Positions 11,757 to 21,590 are shown, numbered from the stretch's first letter. The stretch: 48,472 nt of DNA from Desulfobacca acetoxidans (GCA_020722205.1 DYLF01000007.1:1-48472); one strand, 5' to 3'. Made by a program: numbers and translations. Notes: generated by a model from the sequence alone, not told the origin.

Positions 11757-11785
11757 AGCCTTGTTGATATCTGATCAACAAGGCT
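11757..11785. terminator. Perfect 12-bp hairpin, possibly a bidirectional terminator at the end of the pse locus
   Basis: AGCCTTGTTGAT-atctg-ATCAACAAGGCT. Confidence 0.6.
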
Positions 11786-11889
11786 CTTTAGGGCGCGAAA
11801 CATTTACTCTAACAGCTTGCCAAGACCAACTATTGGCTTGCTGCCGCAAAGGCAATTCCCAAGGAGTGGTGAGAGCATAATGGCCGATC

Positions 11890-12474
11890 TCAGTTATGCT
11901 GGATTTCGGCCTTCAGGGCCAGAGCCTGGGGATGTTCTGGCTCAAAGAGCAAGATTTTCCCCACCATCTCCAAGGCTTCCTCCACCTGGCCCAGCCTGTG
12001 TCTGACTTCCGCCAGGGCGTAAAGCACCTGGAAATCCAGAAGGTGACGCTCTACGTACTCTTGAAGGCAAGGTAAAACCATTTTCAGCTTCTCCAGGTCC
12101 TCGGCGGCCTCCACTAAACCGAGAAGGGTATCTTTATCCCCGTCATTTAATTCCAGGGCCCGTTGGAAGCACTCCCAAGCCGCCCCGCGGTTCCCCCGGG
12201 CCAGCATCACACCCCCCAAAACGCTCAGGGCCTCATCCGCCTCCGGCTTAAGCTCCAGGGCCCTTAACAGATACGACTCTGCCTTGTCCAGGTGCTCTCC
12301 CCGCACCGCCACCCTGGCCAAACTGATATAAGACCTCGGATTCATAGGTTGCAAATCCAAAGCCTCCGCCAAGTTGAGTTCCGCCGCCCACATATCCCCC
12401 AGGGCGGCATAACATTCCCCCAGCTCCAGACAAATCTCAAACAGCAGATGTTTCTTGCGATACGAGGCAGCCAA
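11890..12474 (-). CDS. Tetratricopeptide repeat protein
   Basis: About 5 TPR-like helical repeats (LGECY..LG....A, A...F.RALEL.., LAEV...LG..EEA); TTG start 8 nt after AGGAGG. Confidence 0.85.
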   Translation of the reverse strand: MAASYRKKHLLFEICLELGECYAALGDMWAAELNLAEALDLQPMNPRSYISLARVAVRGEHLDKAESYLLRALELKPEADEALSVLGGVMLARGNRGAAWECFQRALELNDGDKDTLLGLVEAAEDLEKLKMVLPCLQEYVERHLLDFQVLYALAEVRHRLGQVEEALEMVGKILLFEPEHPQALALKAEIQHN

Positions 12475-15400
12475 TGGTCATACCTCCTATTATCCCTTCT
12501 CCTCCTGAAAAACCCTGTGCCCTTCCTCCTCGCTCTGGGAGAGAGCTAAGGTGACGGCCATCCTGTCCGGAAGCCTCTGTAGCTTTTAAAATTGCCTTGG
12601 CCTTTTCCAGGTTCTCGACGGCCTCCTTAAGCTTCCCCAGCTTTTTCTGCAGGCGCCCCAGTTCATACGGATACCTCGGCTCCGGCGTGCAACCCACCAG
12701 AAATTGATACATCTGGGCCGCCTCAAAGTACTTGCCCATGGCCCGGTAGGTCTCCGCCAATTCAGCGGTTATCAGATACCGGCGGTTATCATAGGGGTTG
12801 ATGCGCAAGGCCTGACGGTAGCTGTCCACAGCCTGGGGAAAGAGCCCCTGCTTCCTTAAGGTGACCGCCTGTTGCCAAAGCAACGTCACCTGATGGTCCC
12901 GCATAATATAGAGCGGCTTCCCTTGCTCGTCATACTCTATCAGTTCCAAGGAAATCCCGTCTTCTTCATGATAAGTCAGCCAGTCGCTTTGCACCTGCTC
13001 CTGCCATCTGCTCTGAAAATAAAGGGAATTTTCCCTTTCCTTGGCGTGCCGGCCGGGAGTCTTGCTCTCCAAATGATAGACCACACATTCGGGAGTATAA
13101 AAAACCTTGTGCCCCAAGCTTCTCACCTGAAAACACAGATCCACATCTTCAAAACCGTTCTGATAGTGCTCATCAAACCCCCCGGCGGCGAAAAACACGG
13201 ACTTCCTGATCATCATGCAGGCCGCCGTCACCACCTGAAATTCCCGCCCCTTGTTGACTGCCGGATGGCTCTCATGGAAACCCCGATAGATATGGCCCAC
13301 CCGCTTATGGTCATCAAAGGCCACCCCCGCATGTTGAATGGTCTTGTCAGGGTAGAGCAATTTGGCCCCCACAATACCGATGCGCTCATCTTTCTCAAGT
13401 ACCTTGCTCAACCCCTGCAACCACCCGGAGGTTACAATGGTGTCATTATTCAGGAATATCAGATAATCCCCCCTTGCCGCCCGCGCCCCTTGGTTGCAGG
13501 CTTTGGCAAATCCCAGATTGCTGGTGTTGGCCACCAGCCGCACCCGCCTCTCTTTTTCCTCCCGGCGCAGGTAGTCGCTGGAACCGTCCGTGGAGCCGTT
13601 GTCCACCACGATGATCTCCACCCCGGTAAGCTCAGTGTTATTATAAATGCTTTCCAGACATTGGCGGTTCAAATCCAGATGGTTAAACACCGGGATGATG
13701 ATGGAGGTGGTGACTCCCTCTTCCCCTTTACCGATTTGTCCTATCGGTTCCAGTTTGCCCAAGGTTTCAAAGGATTGGCTGCTGCGGCCATCCAAGGACT
13801 CCTCGGGCCGGAACGCCGGGGTCCTCTCTTCCAGCACTTGGCGGTAGTACTCTTCGATATCCTGAGCATCCTCCACTATTGACTTGACCGGTTTGATGCC
13901 GGCCCGCCACTCCTCGATTATCTCCGGCTGCGCAATCACCATTTCCAACTTGGCGGCTAAATCTGCCGGGTCATTGGCGCGAAAAAGCAGCCCGTTACAG
14001 TTGTCCGTAATGATTTCCGGGATACCGGCCACCGCCGCGGCAATCACCGGCACTCCGCCGTGTAGGATCTCCCGAATCACAAAAGGGAAATTCTCCCCCC
14101 GGGATGGCACCACCGCCACATCCGTGCCGACCAGAATCCGGGGCAGATCAGCCGGACTGTAGCCGCCGTGGAAAATCACCCTTTCCCCCGCCCGGTTATT
14201 CGCTTTAACCTTGTCGAAATACCCCTGTTCGACAACGTTGCCGTACACATGCAGCTCAGCTTCCCTAGTGTTTATCTGATTAAAGGCCTCCACCAAGATA
14301 TCCAGGCCCTTGCGATAACAGATGGTTCCCAAATAGGAAAATCTTACCGGTGGCGGTCTGTGCCCCCCTCTTTCCAAGGCCTTGAAAAGATTGGCCCCTT
14401 GCGGCAGGTGCACCATCTTCTGATTGACGAACTGATATCGCTGGAAAAGCTCCATCTGAAACCGGGCCGGAAAGAAAAGCCGATCAAGGAGCTTAACCGC
14501 CCGGTGATTGGTGTAATAACGGTCTGCCAGGTAATAGAAGAATTGGGGTATCTGGTCTTCTGTTATCTCGGTTAAATATTTCATCATACAGTGGACGCAC
14601 TGGTCGATGGTTTCTGGGCCTTCGCACACCATACCGCCGGCTTTCACCAGATGAATCTGGTTGCATAACAGCCAGTAATCATTGGCCGTCATCACTACCG
14701 GAATCTGCATCTCCTTCAGGACTTCCAAAAAAGAGATGGTGAGTCCCATGAGATGTTGCACGTGCACCAGGTCCGGCCGATGCTTCTGCAAATATTGTCG
14801 GAGCACTGGTTTTAGGGCTTCGTTGCGGATGGCGGAATAAATATGCAGCGGCGCCACAAGTTGGGCCACTGCCAGACCCTCGAAATCCCCCTCTTTGATA
14901 ACAAATTCCGGCTCCCCCGGTCTTTTCTGCACCGGCCGGGGGTAGAGTACCCGCACCTGATGCCCTCTGGCCTGCATGGCCAGAGCCAGGTCCCGGGTAT
15001 AAATCTCCGTGCCGGCATAACTATGGGGCAAGAAATTGTGCGCTGCATATAGAAGTTTCAGATCGAATGTTCTGCTTCTCATTTCTGCTCCACGCTGGCC
15101 CCGCCCCCGACATTTAGAGGGTTGCCCGGCCAGCTCCACGATCAAAGACCTCACCCTCTCGCTGGCGCAACCATCATGCCCCTCGTTGATGTCCGGCAAG
15201 GCCTCCTGCTGCTGCCGCCGAACCTCTTCCCGGAGCCCGGCATCAGACAGCAGCTTGTCTAGCACCTCCGGTAGTTTTTCGTCCTCGGCGGCAATGATAA
15301 CCCCGTCTTCCCGGCCAAAGGTCCGAGCCTCTTCGGGAAACAGCGGCAGCGACACCACCGGGCGCTCTAAAATCATGGCCTCCGGGATGACCGATGATTG

Positions 15401-16417
15401 CCCGCTGACTACAATGACATCCGCCGCGCGTATGGCTTCCATTTTATGGGAACGGCAAAGGCGCACCTGCAGACCGTGGTGCTCCGCCAAATAATCCAAG
15501 TAAGCTTGATCCAGCAACGCAATCTGCTGCGGCGGTAGACTCAGGCGCCCCACTTCATTGGGATGAGGACGCACCAACAGTTGCACCCCGCCGCCCATAC
15601 ACCCCACCGCCCGCAGCACTGCCTCATGAATCGCCTGGTAGCGCCGGGCAATAGCCGAAAAGAAGGCCGACGAACCGTCCACATAACTGGTGGTTAACAT
15701 GACCACCGGCCGGTGTGGCTCCAGACCCATCCGGCGTCTGGCCTCCAGACGGTCAATCCGGCTTTCTGCCCGATAAAATTGGTCCCATAAAGGCGCTCCC
15801 GTAAGAAAAATGCGTTCCGCCTGGTTCCCCTGAGATACCAAAAAATTCCGGCTTCGACGCCCATAAGCCGCCAGATACCTGGCATACAGCGTATGCATCT
15901 CCCCCGCCACCCGTCCCCAGCTCGGGCCCAACATGCCGTGAGCCAACTGCAGCGTGGGAATCCCCGTCTCCTTTGCCGCCAGTACCAACGTTCGTTGCGA
16001 GGGGCTGTTGTCGCACCCCAATACTATCAAACGAGGACGGTGCCGGCGCCACAGCGCCTGCCAGGTCTCTATGACGCCGATCTCCATATGGAGTATCTGC
16101 ACCAGTTGATTAATAAAAGAATTACAGATATACCTCAGTAAATCTCCCCTCCGGCCGACAAAGGCCTGGCGCACCTCGGGGGCCAGAAAGGCTTGACCCA
16201 ACTCGGTGGCTAAGCGTTCCATCTCGCCTTTGGCCAACGCCGGGAAATCCTTTGGGGTATAAGACTCCCAGGAGATCAGATACATACCCTCCCGCCGACA
16301 TTCCTCCGCCAAAACCCCGCCGGTCATAATGGGGGTGAAGCCCTCTTCCACCACGGCCCGTATCAGAGGAAGATAATCCGGATTATGAACATCAAAAAAC
16401 AGCAGACAATCCCTCAC
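12437..16417 (-). CDS. Multidomain glycosyltransferase: GT-B nonulosonate-transferase-like domain + GT4 + GT2 + TPR
   Basis: N-terminal QLAHG, TGAP.WD, VRPHPNE; middle YAGTEIYT, HVQHL, KGLDILVEAF, VVPS.GENFP; GT2 SIIIPVFN, VVDNGSTD, FLNNDT, FEDVDLC; C-terminal TPRs. GTG 16417 overlaps the upstream stop (GTGA). Confidence 0.88.
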   Translation of the reverse strand: MRDCLLFFDVHNPDYLPLIRAVVEEGFTPIMTGGVLAEECRREGMYLISWESYTPKDFPALAKGEMERLATELGQAFLAPEVRQAFVGRRGDLLRYICNSFINQLVQILHMEIGVIETWQALWRRHRPRLIVLGCDNSPSQRTLVLAAKETGIPTLQLAHGMLGPSWGRVAGEMHTLYARYLAAYGRRSRNFLVSQGNQAERIFLTGAPLWDQFYRAESRIDRLEARRRMGLEPHRPVVMLTTSYVDGSSAFFSAIARRYQAIHEAVLRAVGCMGGGVQLLVRPHPNEVGRLSLPPQQIALLDQAYLDYLAEHHGLQVRLCRSHKMEAIRAADVIVVSGQSSVIPEAMILERPVVSLPLFPEEARTFGREDGVIIAAEDEKLPEVLDKLLSDAGLREEVRRQQQEALPDINEGHDGCASERVRSLIVELAGQPSKCRGRGQRGAEMRSRTFDLKLLYAAHNFLPHSYAGTEIYTRDLALAMQARGHQVRVLYPRPVQKRPGEPEFVIKEGDFEGLAVAQLVAPLHIYSAIRNEALKPVLRQYLQKHRPDLVHVQHLMGLTISFLEVLKEMQIPVVMTANDYWLLCNQIHLVKAGGMVCEGPETIDQCVHCMMKYLTEITEDQIPQFFYYLADRYYTNHRAVKLLDRLFFPARFQMELFQRYQFVNQKMVHLPQGANLFKALERGGHRPPPVRFSYLGTICYRKGLDILVEAFNQINTREAELHVYGNVVEQGYFDKVKANNRAGERVIFHGGYSPADLPRILVGTDVAVVPSRGENFPFVIREILHGGVPVIAAAVAGIPEIITDNCNGLLFRANDPADLAAKLEMVIAQPEIIEEWRAGIKPVKSIVEDAQDIEEYYRQVLEERTPAFRPEESLDGRSSQSFETLGKLEPIGQIGKGEEGVTTSIIIPVFNHLDLNRQCLESIYNNTELTGVEIIVVDNGSTDGSSDYLRREEKERRVRLVANTSNLGFAKACNQGARAARGDYLIFLNNDTIVTSGWLQGLSKVLEKDERIGIVGAKLLYPDKTIQHAGVAFDDHKRVGHIYRGFHESHPAVNKGREFQVVTAACMMIRKSVFFAAGGFDEHYQNGFEDVDLCFQVRSLGHKVFYTPECVVYHLESKTPGRHAKERENSLYFQSRWQEQVQSDWLTYHEEDGISLELIEYDEQGKPLYIMRDHQVTLLWQQAVTLRKQGLFPQAVDSYRQALRINPYDNRRYLITAELAETYRAMGKYFEAAQMYQFLVGCTPEPRYPYELGRLQKKLGKLKEAVENLEKAKAILKATEASGQDGRHLSSLPERGGRAQGFSGGEGIIGGMTIGCLVSQETSAV

Positions 16418-16851
16418 GCTTCTTCCCCCCCATCTTTCAGTGTCTGGAGCAGTCCCTGAACGAAAAAGGCGGCCAGCCACCTTTCAGTCGGCTCCCCCAG
16501 ATTGATCCCCCGGTAGCTGAGTACCCGGGGCAACGGTTTCACCTGATGCCAATTCTCCGCCAGCCTAGCCGCTTCCTCTGTCAACCCCGCCATTTCCTGG
16601 TACGAATAGCTCGGGAAAAATCTTACCAACGCCTCCTCTAGGGTTTCCGGCAACACTTCCGACCTTACTCCGCATTGCGGGCAGACGTGACCTCCCACGG
16701 CAATGCCGGCCACCGTGGGCTGATACACTTCAAAGATTTTCCGGCAGCCGCGACAGCGCAGAGTTAAATAAAGCCCCCACACACTACCCCGCAACCCCAC
16801 CACCACCGCGGGCCGGGAGCTATTACTCGAAGCTAAAGGTTTATTAATCAT
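16414..16851 (-). CDS. Hypothetical protein with a CxxC...CxxC zinc-ribbon motif
   Basis: CRGC and CPQC; overlaps both neighbours in operon fashion. Confidence 0.65.
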   Translation of the reverse strand: MINKPLASSNSSRPAVVVGLRGSVWGLYLTLRCRGCRKIFEVYQPTVAGIAVGGHVCPQCGVRSEVLPETLEEALVRFFPSYSYQEMAGLTEEAARLAENWHQVKPLPRVLSYRGINLGEPTERWLAAFFVQGLLQTLKDGGEEA

Positions 16852-17662
16852 GATCTTCCTTACATTCCCTTTCCCTCATCCTTGGCCTCACCCCAGATTG
16901 TGGTCTGTGACTAAACCCCCACTGACCATCGGCCCAGTTGAGATGGTTAAAGTTAACTTCCCGATTCATTGGCGATAAACCACCATCTCCCTTTTCAAAC
17001 AACCACCAGTTCAGGTTGTCAAAAATCGGTAACTCCCGCTGCCAAAGAAAACCGTATGCTAACGGGCGCAGCCGTGGGTAACGGTCCAGATAAAAAGCCC
17101 CGAAATCCCGTTTATACAGGAGGCCCGACCGTCCTCGATAGGGGATTTCCTGAGGAGCATGGGAAAAATACTCCACACAAAGAATATACCTTCGGGACAC
17201 CCGGACAATTTCGTCTGTCGCCCGGCCCAGATCATTCGGAGCAATATGAATGAGCACCCCGGCGGTGAAAACCAGATCGACGCTGGCGGCAGGCAGGGGC
17301 AGCTCAAAAGCGGACACGTTCCAGACCTTTTCCACCTTAATCCGTGAATCCTTCCGGAGATGCTCAAAGGCTTTCCGGTTGGGTTCCACCGCCCACAGCT
17401 TCACCTCGGCGCCGAAAAGTTCCCGCAGAAACCAGAGGTTAAGTCCGATATTGCTCCCTACTTCCAGCACGCTGACAAATGAAATCCTCCCCAACATCCG
17501 CCGGAAGGCCTCTTTACCATACTCAAGCTTCCAATCAGCAAATTCATTGCGCGCCAGATACTCATCTCCGAAATCACTCGTCCAGGCGGCCAGCTGCGGG
17601 CTGGCGTGGAAAAATGGGTTGCCTTCCGAAGTGGCCGTGCCGGTAACCGACTCCTTCCCCAT
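16844..17662 (-). CDS. Pseudaminic acid biosynthesis-associated SAM-dependent methylase
   Basis: W..DFGDEY..RN, VLEVGSNIGLNL, DLVFTAGVLIHI.P, YRG..GLL.KRDFG, WWLFEK. Confidence 0.9.
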   Translation of the reverse strand: MGKESVTGTATSEGNPFFHASPQLAAWTSDFGDEYLARNEFADWKLEYGKEAFRRMLGRISFVSVLEVGSNIGLNLWFLRELFGAEVKLWAVEPNRKAFEHLRKDSRIKVEKVWNVSAFELPLPAASVDLVFTAGVLIHIAPNDLGRATDEIVRVSRRYILCVEYFSHAPQEIPYRGRSGLLYKRDFGAFYLDRYPRLRPLAYGFLWQRELPIFDNLNWWLFEKGDGGLSPMNREVNFNHLNWADGQWGFSHRPQSGVRPRMRERECKEDHD

Positions 17663-17693
17663 AAACCTTATCTCTCGTGCCCCTTATCTGAAC

Positions 17694-18998
17694 TTACAAC
17701 ACTATAAAATCCCGCTGCTCATTATGACTCTCAATCCTGAGCCACGGGTTTGTAAATGCCTGATTGTCAAACCGGCCATCTGAATAATAAAGGTGCCGGT
17801 TCCATTCGCTGAACGTCCGGTCCGCCACCTGAGGCACCCGGGCTGCCCCCACCCACGGGTCATAAATATGATTGGCCACCGTATCCTTTGCTACCCACGT
17901 CCCGTCAACCTTCTTCTCCCAGATATCCGGGTCCCGCATGGGTTCGATCCATTCATAAAACTCTTCCTCACTGAGACCCAGGAACTTCAGATAGGTGTCC
18001 AGGGTGCTGGGACGCACATGATCATATAATTTGACCATCTCCACCCCTTCTTCCCGGGTCATCCTGCCATGACGAATCTCCATACTGGCATCATCAGTGG
18101 CCCGGCCATAACCAAACTTCAGATACTTGAGGTAGTCATGGACATCATTGGCATGGTCGTCCGTCTTGCCATAAAGCAAAAAGCTGCGCTCCCGCCGCGC
18201 GGAAAATGGGGCGAAACCATAATTCTTAATAACGAAATCCGCTTGTTCTTTGGCATTCCAATACACAAAGTTACTCAGATAAATACCCCGCACTCCTAGT
18301 TCCTCAATCTCCTCATCGGACGGGTATTGATACGGCACCACCTCCCGCCAGGTGATCCCACTTTCCTCGTTTATCAGGTCTTCCGGTTCGAATCCCCGCA
18401 TGTCATGTTCCTGGCGGGTCCATTTCGTAAATTCCACCATGTCCTCCAGGGTTACCAGCCCCGTCAGTTCAGCAAAGCCATGCTCCCCCCAAACAATCAG
18501 GGGAATCCGGTACTTAACCGCCACCTGGAAGGGGAAGGTTCGGATGCCGGCATGGTAATGCCAGGTTAAATCTCCCACCTTCTTCAGCATATAGCGCGAA
18601 ATCTTGCGCACCGCTTCCGGACTGGCGGTAAAACGAATCAGGTCACACCCGAAACGACTCACCAGGTTGTTCAGATTGCGAATCCCCAACGGCGTATTGA
18701 AAGCATGATTGTAGGTCACTAACAAAGGATTCATGCCATAGACCACCTTGAGCAGGTATGTCTGATAATGGCTGTCTTTGCCGCCGCTCACCGGGATAAT
18801 GCAGTCGTACGGATTGCCCGCTTCCCAAGCCCGGCGGCGATGCTCCTCCAAAATCTCTCTCAGCAGCTTTTCCCGCTCGACCCAGTCGATCCTCTGTCTT
18901 GATTCATGATAGCGGCAACCGCTGCAAACCCCTTGCTCGTCGAAAATAATAGTGGGCTTGGCATTGGCCGGATAGAGGCAGCGAGCACAGTATTCCAT
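17694..18998 (-). CDS. N-acetyl sugar amidotransferase (WbuX/PseA family)
   Basis: C..C.YP...C..C, YDCIIPVSGGKDS (PP-loop), WGE, HDYLKYLKFGYGRATD.AS.EIRHG.MTREE. Confidence 0.92.
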   Translation of the reverse strand: MEYCARCLYPANAKPTIIFDEQGVCSGCRYHESRQRIDWVEREKLLREILEEHRRRAWEAGNPYDCIIPVSGGKDSHYQTYLLKVVYGMNPLLVTYNHAFNTPLGIRNLNNLVSRFGCDLIRFTASPEAVRKISRYMLKKVGDLTWHYHAGIRTFPFQVAVKYRIPLIVWGEHGFAELTGLVTLEDMVEFTKWTRQEHDMRGFEPEDLINEESGITWREVVPYQYPSDEEIEELGVRGIYLSNFVYWNAKEQADFVIKNYGFAPFSARRERSFLLYGKTDDHANDVHDYLKYLKFGYGRATDDASMEIRHGRMTREEGVEMVKLYDHVRPSTLDTYLKFLGLSEEEFYEWIEPMRDPDIWEKKVDGTWVAKDTVANHIYDPWVGAARVPQVADRTFSEWNRHLYYSDGRFDNQAFTNPWLRIESHNEQRDFIVL

Positions 18999-19103
18999 AG
19001 CTTGCTCTCCTTGGGTTGGCAAAAGGTCTTCTTGCTTATATATTTAAGTCAGCTCCCTATTAATCTTTACCAAGCCTCTTCAGGCACCCCCCCCCACCTT
19101 TCC

Positions 19104-19922
19104 CTAAAACACCTTACTGCCCGCCCGGTCCTTAAATTTATGGTTGCCGGAGCTCACCTGTCGCACCTCAATGCCGGCCTCAGCTAAATAATTTTTGGCC
19201 TTCTTTGTACTATGCTCAGTGTAGTGAAAAATATTCGCCGCCGCCACAGCCTCGGCGCCACCCAAGAGTATGCCGTCCACCAGATGCTGCCAGCTAAATA
19301 CACCCCCCATGGCAATGACCGGAATGCTTACGGTCTCCACCACTCCCCGGAGCAGCCGCAGATCATAACCCTGGCGATATCCATCTCGGTCGATGCAGTT
19401 GAGAAATATCTCCCCGGCGCCCATCTCCTGCACCCGGCGGGCCCAAGCAAAGGGACACAGACCCGTGGGCTCCCGCCCCCGGTCAATATATACCTCATAG
19501 CCCTTACCCTGGTGATCCTTCACATCGATTGAAACCACCATGCATTGGCTGCCAAAAATCCCCGCTGCTTCCGGCAGGAGCTCCGGGTTTCTTACCACCG
19601 CCGTATTTAGACTCACCTTGTCGGCCCCCAAATGCAGCAAACGTCGGATTTCTGCCACCGAGTCAACCCATCCCCCGACAGTCAGCGGGACAAAACACTT
19701 GCCCGCCAGCTCCTCCAATACCTGATAAAACTTCTCCCGTTTCTTCATCCCTGGGCTGACATCCAGCACCACTATCTCGTCCGCCGCCCAGCGATCAAAA
19801 AAGTCCACTGCCGTGGCGCTCTTCCAATGGATGACGTTGGTATGCTTAAATCTGACACTCTGCACCACCAAACCATCGCGCAGCACCAAAACCGGAATCA
19901 GGCGTTTCTTGAGCATAAGCAT
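19104..19922 (-). CDS. HisF-like cyclase subunit associated with glycan amidotransferase (WbuZ-like)
   Basis: MLKKRLIP, FVPLTVGG, GADKV, FGSQC.VVSID, GAGEI...IDRDG; located inside the glycan locus. Confidence 0.88.
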   Translation of the reverse strand: MLMLKKRLIPVLVLRDGLVVQSVRFKHTNVIHWKSATAVDFFDRWAADEIVVLDVSPGMKKREKFYQVLEELAGKCFVPLTVGGWVDSVAEIRRLLHLGADKVSLNTAVVRNPELLPEAAGIFGSQCMVVSIDVKDHQGKGYEVYIDRGREPTGLCPFAWARRVQEMGAGEIFLNCIDRDGYRQGYDLRLLRGVVETVSIPVIAMGGVFSWQHLVDGILLGGAEAVAAANIFHYTEHSTKKAKNYLAEAGIEVRQVSSGNHKFKDRAGSKVF

Positions 19923-20550
19923 CTCCCTCGCCGGTCAACCTGATAAAATTACTCAAGAGCTTCAACCCGAACCATTGGCTCTTCTCCGGATGAAACTGCA
20001 CCCCGAAAATCTTGCCCCATTGCACCGCGGCCACTATCTCCGTCCCATGCCAACAATTGGCCGTCACCCTATCGGCAGCCTCAGGGGCTAACTTCACCTG
20101 AAAGCTGTGGACGAAATAAAACACCGGCGCTTCTCCCAGGCCGGAAAATAACGGGCAAGGTCTTACCACCTGCACATCATTCCACCCCATGTGGGGGACG
20201 CGAAACCGCGGGTCAGAGGGGAGGATAGGCTGCACCGTGCCAGGAAGCCAGCCCAACCCCTGATGACAGCCGTGTTCCAGGCTTTCCTGCACCAAAAACT
20301 GCAAACCTAAACAAATACCCAGGTAAGGCTTCCCCTTCTCCAATACCTCCTCGCCGAGGGGCCCGATCAGGTCCAAACTCCGAAGCTTGGCCATGCCAGC
20401 CCCAAAGGCCCCCACCCCCGGTAGCACAATGGCTCGGCTCCGAGCCAACTCGGCCCGGTCATGGGTCACCCGGGTGGGGCAGCCCAAGGCCTTGAAGGCA
20501 TTGACTACCGACAAGAGATTTCCGGCGCCGTAATCTATGATGGCGATCAT
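19846..20550 (-). CDS. HisH-like glutamine amidotransferase subunit (WbuY-like)
   Basis: IDYGAGNL.SV, LPGVGAF, GICLG, PHMGWN, YFVHS, QFHPEKS. Confidence 0.92.
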   Translation of the reverse strand: MIAIIDYGAGNLLSVVNAFKALGCPTRVTHDRAELARSRAIVLPGVGAFGAGMAKLRSLDLIGPLGEEVLEKGKPYLGICLGLQFLVQESLEHGCHQGLGWLPGTVQPILPSDPRFRVPHMGWNDVQVVRPCPLFSGLGEAPVFYFVHSFQVKLAPEAADRVTANCWHGTEIVAAVQWGKIFGVQFHPEKSQWFGLKLLSNFIRLTGEGDAYAQETPDSGFGAARWFGGAECQI

Positions 20551-21590
20551 GCCTCCTCCACCAGGTCCCAGGACAAAGGGGTGCCCCGTTCGATGTCCAC
20601 CCGAGCCCGGCGTCCAAGAATCTGCGGCAGGTATTTGGGAGACAGGCCATGCCCCGGCCGGATGGAGCGGACATTGTCAACGGTAAAACTTTCGCCCGCC
20701 GCCACCTTCCGGCAGACAAACAGGGAACGGCGAAAAACCCGGCTGGCCCCTTCCGCCTCCTGGCACCCATATTGACAAACCCCCAGCGCCTTCTCGGTAG
20801 TGCGGATGGCCTCCACCATAGCCCTGAACTCGTGTGGCTCCAGAGAAAACGCACTGTCCGGCCCCGGCCGAGAGCGGGACAGGGTAAAATGCTTTTCCAC
20901 CACACAGGCCCCCAGAGCCACCGCAGCCACCGGCACCGTCCACCCCAGGGTGTGGTCCGACAACCCCACCGGCACTCCAAAGGTCTCGGCCATATGCGGG
21001 ATGGTCCGTAAATTCATGCTCTCCGCCGGGGCCGGATAGGCGCTGGTGCACTTTAACAGCGCCACCTCCACCGCCCCGCCCCGCCGGGCCGCCGCCACCG
21101 CCTCCTGAATCTCTTCATAGGTGGCCAAGCCGGTGGACATGATCAGAGGCTTGCCTTTGCCGGCCATATATTCAATCAAAGGCAGGTCCACCAGTTCAAA
21201 CGAAGCTACTTTAAAGGCCGGCACCCCCAGATCCGCCAGGAAATCGACGGCATTCCTATCGAAAGGGGTCGAGAAAAATATCAATCCTTGAGCCTCTGCG
21301 TGCTGCTGCAAGAGAAAATGCCAATCCCCCGGTAGGGATGCCTGTTCATAAAGGTGATAGAGGGTCATGCCGGACCATATGGTGTCTTGGATTACAAAGT
21401 AGTCGTTATCACAAGCCAAAGTTAGGGAATCGGCTGTGTAGGTTTGAACTTTGACGGCGTCAGCGCCGCATTCCCCTGCTTTCTGAATCAGTTGCAGAAC
21501 CGCCGCCAGATCCCGATGGTGATTGGCGGAAATCTCCGCCACGATGAAAACCGGATGTCCGGGGCCGATACTCCTTCCGGCAATTTGCAT
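20547..21590 (-). CDS. pseI: Pseudaminic acid synthase
   Basis: AEISANH, KVQTYTAD, KVASFE, LLKCTSAYP, GLSDHT, EKHFTLSR..GPDSAFSLEP, FRRSL, SAF domain. Confidence 0.92.
   Translation of the reverse strand: MQIAGRSIGPGHPVFIVAEISANHHRDLAAVLQLIQKAGECGADAVKVQTYTADSLTLACDNDYFVIQDTIWSGMTLYHLYEQASLPGDWHFLLQQHAEAQGLIFFSTPFDRNAVDFLADLGVPAFKVASFELVDLPLIEYMAGKGKPLIMSTGLATYEEIQEAVAAARRGGAVEVALLKCTSAYPAPAESMNLRTIPHMAETFGVPVGLSDHTLGWTVPVAAVALGACVVEKHFTLSRSRPGPDSAFSLEPHEFRAMVEAIRTTEKALGVCQYGCQEAEGASRVFRRSLFVCRKVAAGESFTVDNVRSIRPGHGLSPKYLPQILGRRARVDIERGTPLSWDLVEEA

Noticed and set aside
19087-19095. C9 homopolymer as a phase-variation tract
   Set aside because: Intergenic, short, and not in a recognisable promoter
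19104-20550. Histidine biosynthesis genes hisH/hisF
   Set aside because: No other his genes; adjacency to wbuX in a glycan locus indicates ammonia-supplying paralogs
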